32,000 nucleotides of DNA from Thermus thalpophilus. GTDB taxonomy: Bacteria > Deinococcota > Deinococci > Deinococcales > Thermaceae. Location: NCBI RefSeq assembly GCF_022760915.1, contig NZ_JAKTNS010000020.1, forward strand, positions 317 to 32,316, given 5' to 3'. This document shows positions 16,244 through 23,579 of this stretch, piece by piece; positions within the stretch are counted from its first letter, which is position 1; every line of letters starts with the position of its first letter. The notes under the pieces were generated by a model. The model was not told the DNA's origin and searched no databases. It saw only the letters and a list, made by a program, of their open reading frames with translations. The position numbers and the translations under genes are program-made.

Positions 16244-17656
16244 ATGCTCCAGGATCAGGAACGGTGGAACCAACTGCAGGAGGCGTGGGCCAGGTACAAG
16301 GAGGCGGTGGGGGCGGGCGGCAACCCCCAGGCCCTTTACCAGGAGATGGTCTGGCCCCACCTGTTGGAGCTTTGGCGGCACGCGCCCCCCGTGTCGCCCG
16401 AAAGGATGGTCTTTCGCGCCTCCCTCCACACCCTGGGCACGAGCCCCGAGGCCACGGCCTTGGCCATCCTGGGGACGGGGGCGCAGGAGGTCTACGTGCT
16501 GCACACGGAGGAAAGCCGCCGCTTCCTCGAGCGCCTGCGGCAGGACACGGGGGTAATGATCTACCCCATTGAGATCGGCAAGAGCGACGTGACCGCCATT
16601 TACCGCGAGGTGCGCAAGCTTTTGGAGCGTTACCCGGAGGAACCCGTGGCCCTGGACGTGACCAGCGGCACCAAGGCCATGAGCGCCGGGCTTGCGGCGG
16701 CGGGGTTCTTCTTCCGCCGCTTCTTTCCCAAGGTCAAGGTGGTCTACGTGGACAACGAGGACTACGACGTGGCCTTGCGACGGCCCCGGGCGGGATCGGA
16801 AAAGCTCATCGTCCTGCCCGACCCCCACGAGGTTGGGGGAGAGGTGGACTGGCTTTTCGCCTCCGAGCTCTACGGGAAGGAGGACTTCGCTGGAGCCGCC
16901 TCCTACTTCAACCGCCTGGTGGGGGCTACGGGCAACCAGGCCTACACCCTTTACCAAAACCTTGCCGAGATGTACCGGGCATGGCGAGCCCTGGATTTCA
17001 AGGAGGCGGCCAGAAAGGCGGAAAGCCTGCTGGAGGCCTTGAGGAAAAACGTCTGGCTCCAGCACCCCCTGAACCGCCACTTCCAGCGCCTGGAGGGGCA
17101 GGCCTCCCTCCTCAAGGGGGCGCGGGACCTCTTGACCACGGGGGACCTGGGCAACCGGCGGGGGGTGCTGGGGGTTGCGGCCACACTCCTGCACCAGAGC
17201 GGCAGGCTGGCCGACCGCGACCAGACCACCCTGGCGGCGCTCTACGCTTATCGGGCTTTGGAGCTCCTCCTGCAGGAGCGGCTTAGGCGGTATGGCCGCC
17301 TTGCGGAGGCGCCCGAGCTCTCCCCGGAGGAAAGGGAGGCGTTGCAGGGTGAGCTTGGGCGCATCCTGCCCGGGGAGGAGGTTCCGAGGGTGCGTGAGAA
17401 GCTCGGGCTTTTGGAGGTTTTGGCCTTCTTGCGGGTCCTGGGGGACCCCCTCCTGGCCTCCTGGAATGTCCGGGACCTTCAAGGGCTTGCTGGGGTGCTC
17501 AAGGCCAGGAACCAGGCGCTTTTGGTCCACGGCCTCCAGGTGCCCTCCGCAAGGCAGGTGGAGCAGGTGGCGGGGCTCGCCCGCAAGCTCCTGCAGGACC
17601 TGCAGCGGGAGGTGGGGCTACAACCCGACCTCGAGGCCATCCCCCTTCCCCGCTAG
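16244..17656 (+). CDS. csm6: Csm6, a CARF-HEPN cyclic-oligoadenylate-activated RNase
   Basis: 470 aa from the internal ATG of the 15248..17656 ORF. ...GGNPQALYQEMVWPHLLELW..., SLHTLGTSPEATALAILG, CARF motif DVTSGTKAMSAGLAAAGFFF, HEPN motif KARNQALLVHG. Closely resembles T. thermophilus Csm6 as I remember it. Confidence 0.9.
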   Translation: MLQDQERWNQLQEAWARYKEAVGAGGNPQALYQEMVWPHLLELWRHAPPVSPERMVFRASLHTLGTSPEATALAILGTGAQEVYVLHTEESRRFLERLRQDTGVMIYPIEIGKSDVTAIYREVRKLLERYPEEPVALDVTSGTKAMSAGLAAAGFFFRRFFPKVKVVYVDNEDYDVALRRPRAGSEKLIVLPDPHEVGGEVDWLFASELYGKEDFAGAASYFNRLVGATGNQAYTLYQNLAEMYRAWRALDFKEAARKAESLLEALRKNVWLQHPLNRHFQRLEGQASLLKGARDLLTTGDLGNRRGVLGVAATLLHQSGRLADRDQTTLAALYAYRALELLLQERLRRYGRLAEAPELSPEEREALQGELGRILPGEEVPRVREKLGLLEVLAFLRVLGDPLLASWNVRDLQGLAGVLKARNQALLVHGLQVPSARQVEQVAGLARKLLQDLQREVGLQPDLEAIPLPR

Positions 17657-17717
17657 GCCATGGTCCACTACGTTGCCCTCTTGGGCAACGAGCCCGCTCC
17701 CGCCTACATCGGCCTCG

Positions 17718-18290
17718 GTAGCAATCCCCCTGCGGGGAAGCATCTCGTGCAACTTCCCACATGCTCGGGCAGTTGCCAGTAAAGACTGGACTTGTAGCAA
17801 TCCCCTTACGGGGAAGCATCTCGTGCAACGTTTAATCCTACGCCCCCTTGGGGGGCTCAATTCAAGGCTATGTAGCAATCCCCTTACGGGGAAGCATCTC
17901 GTGCAACTTCCAAATAAGTGTGAGAATTGTCGTAATACCACTACTTGGGAGTAGCAATCCCCTTACGGGGAAGCATCTCGTGCAACTTGGAGGATATTCG
18001 GGCTGGTCGCGGTCTTCCATTTACGGAGTCGCAATCCCCTTACGGGGAAGCATCTCGTGCAACCCGTAACCCTCCTGACGGTAGAGGAGCTGGAGTCTGT
18101 GCGGGTAGCAATCCCCTTACGGGGAAGCATCTCGTGCAACTTTGTTGACCGGTTCCCGCATGCTCGTGTCTTGGCGGGGTAGCAATCCCCTTACGGGGAA
18201 GCATCTCGTGCAACCATCGTGGCGGGGCCCGATGGTGAGCCCCTCCGGCCCATCGTAGCAATCCCCTTACGGGGAAGCATCTCGTGCAAC
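17718..18290 (-). CRISPR. CRISPR array 2: eight 36-bp repeats and seven spacers (40, 42, 43, 41, 41, 38 and 40 bp)
   Basis: Repeats at 17718, 17794, 17872, 17951, 18028, 18105, 18179 and 18255. The consensus is GTAGCAATCCCCTTACGGGGAAGCATCTCGTGCAAC on the plus strand. The 17718 copy is degenerate (CCCCCTGCGGGG), marking the leader-distal end. The 18028 copy has GTCGC like array 1. Confidence 0.95.
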
Positions 18291-18690
18291 AGCACCCCTC
18301 TCATAATCTCGTCCTGGACGTTGGTCTTGGAGGGGGGGTTTGTGAGAAAGATGAAGTTTGGAATATGCATAAGCCGTATAAAGGCCGTTTTTGGGGGTTT
18401 AGCCCGATGAAAACTTACTTGCGGAAGGGGCGATGAGAAGGTGAAAGCGCATATTCGCCTTCCTCAAGGGCAAAACTGGCTTTCAAGATCCCCTGTCCGA
18501 CCCTCGGACAAGGCCATTATAGCAGATGACAGCAAGCATAATCTGAGTACAGGTTTAGCGCAACAGTGCCCTTGCAGACATCGCTTCACTATAAAAAAGT
18601 GATAAACGGGCCAGTTGCATCGCAAAAAGGCTAATAGTGGAAGCAACTACCGTGCCCGTAAGTAAAAGGGTGTGTAAGCCATCGCCCCGG
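18291..18690 (-). promoter_or_regulatory. Leader of CRISPR array 2
   Basis: Lower-GC non-coding stretch. 18293-18527 is about 90% identical to the array 1 leader, and weaker similarity continues (cactataaaaaagtgataaacgg versus cactatgagaaagtgttaagtgg). Confidence 0.6.
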
Positions 18691-18700
18691 GTTCGCCGCT

Positions 18701-19594
18701 TCAGGCGGTGGGCTTGGGCCCTGAAGCGCTCGCTTCTACTGGGTGAGCGCGAAGGTGGTGGGGTAGGCCCCTTTCCTTGCCCTTGGCCTCCACCATGATG
18801 TCGGCGGGCCCGGGGAGAGCGGCGAGGAGGCGCTCCCAGTCTTCCAGGGAAACCCGGAAGGCGTGGGCCCCAGGGCGGCGGCTGGGGTCCTGGCTCGCCA
18901 GGTGCACCTTGGGGCGGGTGCGCCAGGTGGCGAAGGCGAGCCGGAGGGCCTCTTCCAGGGAAAGCCGGCCCGGGTTTAGGGCGTGGTGAAGGGTGTCCAC
19001 CACCACGGGCACGCCTAGGGCCTCCGCCGCTTCCAGCACCTCCTCCACGTTCCAAAGGCGCTCGTCGTTTTCCAGGGCCAGGTAGCGGAGGGCCTCCCCC
19101 TCGCCCCGCAGGTTCTCTATAAAACGCCGCAGGGCCCGCTTCCGCTCCCCGTACACGCCGCCCAGGTGGAGGACCAAGACCCCGTCCTCCGCACCCAGGA
19201 GGGAAAGGGCCCGGGCGGAGTAGCGGAGCTCGGCCAGGGAGCGCTCCACCACCTTGGGGTCTGGGCTTCCTGGGTTCACGTACTGGCCCGGGTGGAAGGA
19301 AAGGCGCTGGCCCAAGGCCTTGGCCAAGGAGCCTAGGCGCTTAAGGTCCTCCCCGTGGGCCCGTTCCCAGTCGTAGGGGAAGGCGGGGTGGGAGGCGAAG
19401 GGGATGAGGTGCTGGCCGATGCGGAAAAGGCCGAAGCCGCGCGTGGCGTTCCAGCGGAGGATGCGCTCCAGGTCGGCCAGGTTCTGGCCTACCTTGGCCC
19501 GTACCCGCTCCTCGCCCAAGGAGCCCAGGCGCAGGGTGTGGTTGGTGCTGGCCTTAAGCGTCAGGTTCTCGCAGGGGTAGCCCAGGCGGATCAC
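18701..19594 (-). CDS. uvsE: UV damage endonuclease (UvsE/UVDE family)
   Basis: GTG at 19594 with GGAGGTG upstream. (M)[22 protein letters not shown]..., [28 protein letters not shown] and VVVDTLHH are TIM-barrel UVDE motifs. The rest of the 500-aa track ORF is off-frame over the upstream gene. Confidence 0.9.
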   Translation of the reverse strand: MIRLGYPCENLTLKASTNHTLRLGSLGEERVRAKVGQNLADLERILRWNATRGFGLFRIGQHLIPFASHPAFPYDWERAHGEDLKRLGSLAKALGQRLSFHPGQYVNPGSPDPKVVERSLAELRYSARALSLLGAEDGVLVLHLGGVYGERKRALRRFIENLRGEGEALRYLALENDERLWNVEEVLEAAEALGVPVVVDTLHHALNPGRLSLEEALRLAFATWRTRPKVHLASQDPSRRPGAHAFRVSLEDWERLLAALPGPADIMVEAKGKERGLPHHLRAHPVEASASGPKPTA

Positions 19595-20100
19595 CGCTTC
19601 ACCTCCGCTTCCAGAAGCACCTCCACCTCGTCCCGCACCTCCAGGAAGAGGAAGCGGGGTCTTTCCAGGTTCCACGTGGAAAAGCGCGTGGAAAACCTTC
19701 CCTGGAAGCGGTAGCCCGAAGGAGTTTCCCGGAGTTCTCCCTCTATGCGCACGGGGCGGGTGAGGCCGGCGAAGCTGAGGTCGCCCTCCACCACGAAGCG
19801 GGCCCCTTCCCACCGGGCCCGCTTGGGGTAGAGGCAGGCCTCGGGGTGGTCCTTCGCCCGCAGGATCTCCAGGGCCTTCTTGTCCCGCTCGGCGTTGCCC
19901 GAGTCCCAGGCTTTCTGTTCCAAGCAGACCTTGCCCGAGGCCTTTTCCCCGTCCCAGGTGATCTCCCCCCGGGCGGTGGGGTTCACCCCCTCCCAACTGC
20001 CCAAGGGGTAGTAGCCGCGGTAGCGGGCAAGCCCCTCCACGGCGTGGGGAGCCTGGGCCAGGGAAAGGGCGAAGAGGAGAAGGGCGACAGCCCGCTTCAT
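19591..20100 (-). CDS. Secreted YceI-like domain protein
   Basis: ATG at 20100 with GGAGG upstream. Signal peptide [17 protein letters not shown], then a YceI-like beta-barrel region (...[14 protein letters not shown]...[14 protein letters not shown]...[15 protein letters not shown]). GTGA overlap with uvsE. Confidence 0.75.
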   Translation of the reverse strand: MKRAVALLLFALSLAQAPHAVEGLARYRGYYPLGSWEGVNPTARGEITWDGEKASGKVCLEQKAWDSGNAERDKKALEILRAKDHPEACLYPKRARWEGARFVVEGDLSFAGLTRPVRIEGELRETPSGYRFQGRFSTRFSTWNLERPRFLFLEVRDEVEVLLEAEVKR

Positions 20101-20591
20101 TTGCGGAACCTCCAGGTTTCTCCCAGGGTGGCGAAGTCCCGGAAGCCCAGGAAGAGGATGGGGCGGCGCTTGCCCTGTGGGCTCCCTTCTGCGTGGACCA
20201 CATCCCCTAGGAAGAGGGCGTGGTCCCCGTCCGTGGGCCACTCCGCCACCTTGAGCTCAAACACCGCCACCGCCTTTTCGGGGACGAGGGTGTGGGCCAG
20301 GGCCCGGGCGGGCCGCAGGGCCACCCCGAGCTTTTCCGCCTTGCGCACCCTCCTTCCCGAGAGGTACCCCGCCCGCACCACCCAGCCCCGCTCCTCCCAA
20401 GGCAGGAAGCAGAGGGCCCCCTCCCCCAGCTCCCGGAGGAGGCTCAGGGTGTGGTTCATCCGGTCCACCGCCAGGAGGAAGCGGAAGGGCGTCTTGGACA
20501 CGGGGGTCCACCAGGCCATGGGCATGAAGTTCTCCCCCACGGCGAGGAGGGCGAGGCGCATGGGGTAGAAGTGGGCGCGGTAGGGGCTCAC
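20097..20591 (-). CDS. Flavin reductase-like (FMN-binding split-barrel) protein
   Basis: 164 aa. [44 protein letters not shown] overlap with the downstream gene, and the start lies 1 nt after the SDR stop. Confidence 0.75.
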   Translation of the reverse strand: MSPYRAHFYPMRLALLAVGENFMPMAWWTPVSKTPFRFLLAVDRMNHTLSLLRELGEGALCFLPWEERGWVVRAGYLSGRRVRKAEKLGVALRPARALAHTLVPEKAVAVFELKVAEWPTDGDHALFLGDVVHAEGSPQGKRRPILFLGFRDFATLGETWRFRK

Positions 20592-20592
20592 C

Positions 20593-20966
20593 TCAGACCT
20601 CCAGGGTCTCGGGCGGGGGCTCCGCCAGGACCCCCGAGAGGACCCGCCTTGCCGCCTCCTCCGGGGCGAGCGCCCCCTTGGGCGGGCCCCCTAAGGGGGC
20701 CCAGAGCCCCGTGGCCACGGCGGGAAGCCGCACCAGGACCAGGTGCACCCCCTCCCGCCGAAGCTCCCGCCTCGCCGCCCCCAGGTAGGCCTCCAGGGCC
20801 CCCTTGGCGGCGGCGTAAGCGGCGAAGCCCGGCACCTGGACGTACGGGGGGTACGCCCCGAAGAAGACGGCCCGCGCCCCGGGGCGGAAGCGGGCGTACT
20901 TTAGGGCTTGGTGGGCGGTGAGGAGGTGGGCGGCGAGCATCCCCTCCAGGAGGTGCAAACAGTTGA
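20593..20966 (-). pseudogene. Short-chain dehydrogenase/reductase, C-terminal fragment (gene split by the TnpB element)
   Basis: ...CLHLLEGMLAAHLLTAHQ...FAAYAAAKGALEAYL (YxxxK catalytic motif). It joins in frame to 22679..22951 when 20962-22678 is removed. Confidence 0.8.
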
Positions 20967-22678
20967 GCAATAACAGCTTTGGGCTACAATAGCCCTCAGA
21001 TGCCCCCGCTTCTCCTTACAGCCCATCAGGTCAGGGAGCGCCACGGCGTTCACCACGACACTCCGCGCGCCTGGGAAAGGCATAAGGTTTCCCGCTTCGC
21101 CGTGCGGACGCGCGCCAGGAGGCGGAAGGATGCCCAAGGACAAGACCGCTAGCTTCCGAGGCGTCCAGGCCAAGCTCCGTTTCTCCTCCCAGGAGGACCG
21201 GAAAGCCCTCCTGGACCTCATGCGGAGGTTCTCCTCCGCCACCAGGTTCGCCTACCAGAGACTCTTGGAGGGGTACAGTCGCAAGGAACTCAAACGGGAA
21301 GACGGCCCCCTCTGCCAGCTCTTCCGCCTCAACACCCGCTACGTTGACGACGTTATCCTCAAGGCGCAAGGAGTCCTGGACTCCGCCAGGGAGCGCGGTG
21401 TAGACCCCCGCAAGGTGGTCTTCGGGGGAAGGGGCCTCTTTGAGCAACTCAAACGCAAGCACCTCTCGGGTAAGCGCCTCCTCCAACTGAAGCGGGAATG
21501 GCGGGAGAAGCGCCAAGGTTTGCTCTACTCTAGGGGAGACCGGAGCAAGGGGGGCAACCTCAACCTGCGGCTGGAGGTGGAAAACGGAGCCTTGTGGCTC
21601 CGAATCAATCTAGGACACCGCACTTACATCAAAGCCTTCGTCCTCTCTTCCCACCCTCAGGTGGAAGCCCTGGTGGAGCGGGTGTACCTTTCCGAGCCCT
21701 ACAACGTGGAGCTCAATCTCCGGAACGGAGAAATCCACGCCCACTTCACGTGGCACGAGGCGCTACCCTTGGTGGTGGCCACCCAGGAAAATGGAGTCCT
21801 CGCCCTGGACGCCAACGCCCACCCCCACCACCTGGCCTTAGCGTTGGTCAGTCCTGATGGGGAACTCAAGCATCACTTCACCATCCCCTTGGACGAGGTG
21901 GACAGGGCCCCCAACCGTGGAGCCAAGGAAATCGTCCTCTGGAGGGTGGCCCACCAGGTGGTGGACTTCGCCCTCTCCCAGGGCGTAGCCATCGCCACCG
22001 AGAGGCTCAAACACCTCCGGAAGTCCAGGAGAGGAGATGGTTCGGGAAGGCGGTTCCGGAGGAAGCAACACCGCTTCGCCTACGCCTCCCTCCTCCGGAA
22101 GGTCCACACCCTGGCGAGGAAAAAGGGTGTCCAGGTGCTGGAGGTGAACCCCCAAGACACCTCCACCATCGGGATGCTCAAGTATGCCCCCCTGCTTTCC
22201 CTCTCCAAGGACACCGCCGCCGCTTACGTGATCGGGAGGAAAGCCTTAGGTTTCACCGAAAAGCTTCCCCAGGGTTACCAGCGCCTGTTGGAGGATCAGG
22301 CTTTCCAAATCGAGACCCAAGCCTTCTACGAGGAGTTGCAGACAGAGCTACAAAGACGAAAGGGAGGTGAGAACAATCCGTATCTGAAGAGGCGCATTGC
22401 AAGAGACATCGGTAAGGCGAAGCGAGCTTTAGGTCTTCTGTCAAGCCTTCGGAGCTCGTCAGGGAGCCAGCGGGGGTCAACCGAGGGAAGGAACCCTCCT
22501 GGCGCTAATCCCTGGCGGGTTCTGAGGGTAGGCCTCTTTCTTCCCCTCCTTGGGCGGGAGGTGCCGAGGGACCTCTCTCCCCTCAAGCCCATCCTCCTTG
22601 GGGGATCGTGGGAGGGGGGAAAGGTCAGGCTTAGGTCCTCATCCTGGTGGAGGGCCCAAAGCGCTAATGTGCGCTTTG
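20962..22678 (+). mobile_element. 1717-bp tnpA-less IS200/IS605-like (IS1341-type) element carrying a TnpB-like gene
   Basis: Bounded by GTTGA at 20962-20966 and 22679-22683. Subterminal hairpins GGGCT-acaat-AGCCC (20981-20995) and CCAAAGCGC-taatgt-GCGCTTTGG (22655-22679). Precise removal restores the SDR reading frame. Confidence 0.65.
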
Positions 22679-22683
22679 GTTGA
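21130..22683 (+). CDS. tnpB: TnpB-like RuvC-fold protein (a putative RNA-guided nuclease relative) lacking the zinc ribbon
   Basis: 517 aa, with AGGAGG upstream. Split RuvC motifs: NGVLALDANAHPHH (D), GVAIATERLKHLRK (E), VLEVNPQDTSTIG...SKDTAAAYVIGRKALG (D). No Cys pairs occur anywhere after RuvC-II. The 3' third has atypical codons, and its stop lies in the terminal GTTGA. Confidence 0.75.
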   Translation: MPKDKTASFRGVQAKLRFSSQEDRKALLDLMRRFSSATRFAYQRLLEGYSRKELKREDGPLCQLFRLNTRYVDDVILKAQGVLDSARERGVDPRKVVFGGRGLFEQLKRKHLSGKRLLQLKREWREKRQGLLYSRGDRSKGGNLNLRLEVENGALWLRINLGHRTYIKAFVLSSHPQVEALVERVYLSEPYNVELNLRNGEIHAHFTWHEALPLVVATQENGVLALDANAHPHHLALALVSPDGELKHHFTIPLDEVDRAPNRGAKEIVLWRVAHQVVDFALSQGVAIATERLKHLRKSRRGDGSGRRFRRKQHRFAYASLLRKVHTLARKKGVQVLEVNPQDTSTIGMLKYAPLLSLSKDTAAAYVIGRKALGFTEKLPQGYQRLLEDQAFQIETQAFYEELQTELQRRKGGENNPYLKRRIARDIGKAKRALGLLSSLRSSSGSQRGSTEGRNPPGANPWRVLRVGLFLPLLGREVPRDLSPLKPILLGGSWEGGKVRLRSSSWWRAQSANVRFG

Positions 22684-22951
22684 CCAGGTCTCGCCCCAGT
22701 TCCCGCACGGGGGCCCGCCCCGCCATCCCCACGGCGTGGAGGAGGAGGTCCAGGGGCCCAGCCTCCTCCAGGAGGGCTTGGGCCTCGAGGGGGTCTTCAA
22801 GGTCGGCGGGGAGGGCTTTGGCCCCAAGCTCCTCGGCGAGCTCCCGAAGCGCCCCCGCCCTCCGCCCGGAAAGGAGAAGCTCGTGGCCCTTCAGCGCACG
22901 CGCCAAAGCGCTTCCCAGGCCTCCCGTGGCGCCCAGCACCAAAACCCGCAT
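22679..22951 (-). pseudogene. Short-chain dehydrogenase/reductase, N-terminal fragment
   Basis: MRVLVLGATGGLGSALARAL (TGxxxGxG Rossmann motif)...LLLHAVGMAGRAPVRELGRDLVN. It then reads into the element end (QSAH*). Confidence 0.8.
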
Positions 22952-23049
22952 GCCCTAAGGCTAGGGGAGGGGCGGCAAGACCTCTGTAGCCTGGGCAAAG
23001 GCTAGGGGGACCTTTCCGCCTCCCGATAGATGGCCCGCGCCCGGTGGCT

Positions 23050-23117
23050 GAAGATGCGGGCGCGGCTTCCCCCACGTACCCCGTGGCGCCCGTGACCAGG
23101 ACCCGCACGCCCTTCAC
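23050..23117 (-). pseudogene. Stub of an NAD-dependent epimerase/dehydratase-type gene (N-terminal ~16-20 aa only)
   Basis: GTG at 23117 overlaps the MNT stop (GTGA). (M)KGVRVLVTGATGYVG, after which the frame degenerates; the rest of the 22797..23117 ORF is P/G/R-rich junk overlapping the SDR start. Confidence 0.3.
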
Positions 23118-23464
23118 CTTAGCCCCACCGGGCCGGGGGAAAGTAGCAGGGAAGGGTTTTCTAAGAGCACGATCCCCTCCCGCGCCGCCTCCCCCACCAC
23201 CCCGATCTCCTCACGGCGGAGGGCCCACTCCTCGGGGGTGAGGGCCACGTAGTCCACGTGGCGCAGGGGAAGGATGCGGTGCAGGAGAAGGAGCCGCTCC
23301 AAATAGGGCATCCCCCGGAAGGCGGGGGAGACGATGAGGAGGTCGTAGTCGCTCTCCTCCAGAGCTTCGCCCCGGGCGCGGGAGCCGAAGAGGAGGGCCA
23401 GGGCGATGGGCAGGGGAGCCCGGGCCAAGGTTTCCTTCAGGGGTTCAAGTTCGCTTCCACCCAT
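23114..23464 (-). CDS. Minimal nucleotidyltransferase (MNT / Pol-beta superfamily) with no adjacent HEPN partner
   Basis: Internal ATG at 23464 of the 23114..23677 ORF. MGGSELEPLKETLARAPLPIALALLFGSRARGEALEESDYDLLIVSP (GS...DxD motif). The upstream 71 aa of the track ORF is the shadow of the divergent oxidoreductase. Confidence 0.8.
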   Translation of the reverse strand: MGGSELEPLKETLARAPLPIALALLFGSRARGEALEESDYDLLIVSPAFRGMPYLERLLLLHRILPLRHVDYVALTPEEWALRREEIGVVGEAAREGIVLLENPSLLLSPGPVGLR

Positions 23465-23579
23465 CGCACCACCTGGTCCTCCTGCGCTTGGGCCAGGAGG
23501 TAGGCCGCCTCTTGCCGCACCCCTCCCAGTATAGCCGGGGCAAAGGTTGGGGGAGGGGGCGTCTTCTAGGCTAGGGGGC

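Noticed and set aside
16208-17530. N-terminal 440 aa of the 901-aa minus-strand ORF (14825..17530), and the first 332 aa of the 802-aa plus-strand ORF (15248..17656)
   Set aside because: Each extension is the antisense shadow of the other gene. Recognisable Rep motifs begin only at MNRNMAAS (16207), and Csm6 motifs begin only at MLQDQERW (16244).
17754-18178. Spacers 1 and 6 of array 2 share TTCCCNCATGCTCGNG (14 of 16 identical)
   Set aside because: A rough estimate puts the chance of such a match among all spacer pairs at a few percent, and similarity stops outside the 16-mer. It could reflect overlapping protospacers in related phages, but it is not significant on its own.
11222-18254. Search by eye for self-targeting spacers (matches of the 11 spacers to the IS, the TnpB element, rep/par or other parts of the window)
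   Set aside because: I saw no convincing match within this window. A proper BLASTN of spacers against the whole replicon and against Thermus phages is needed.
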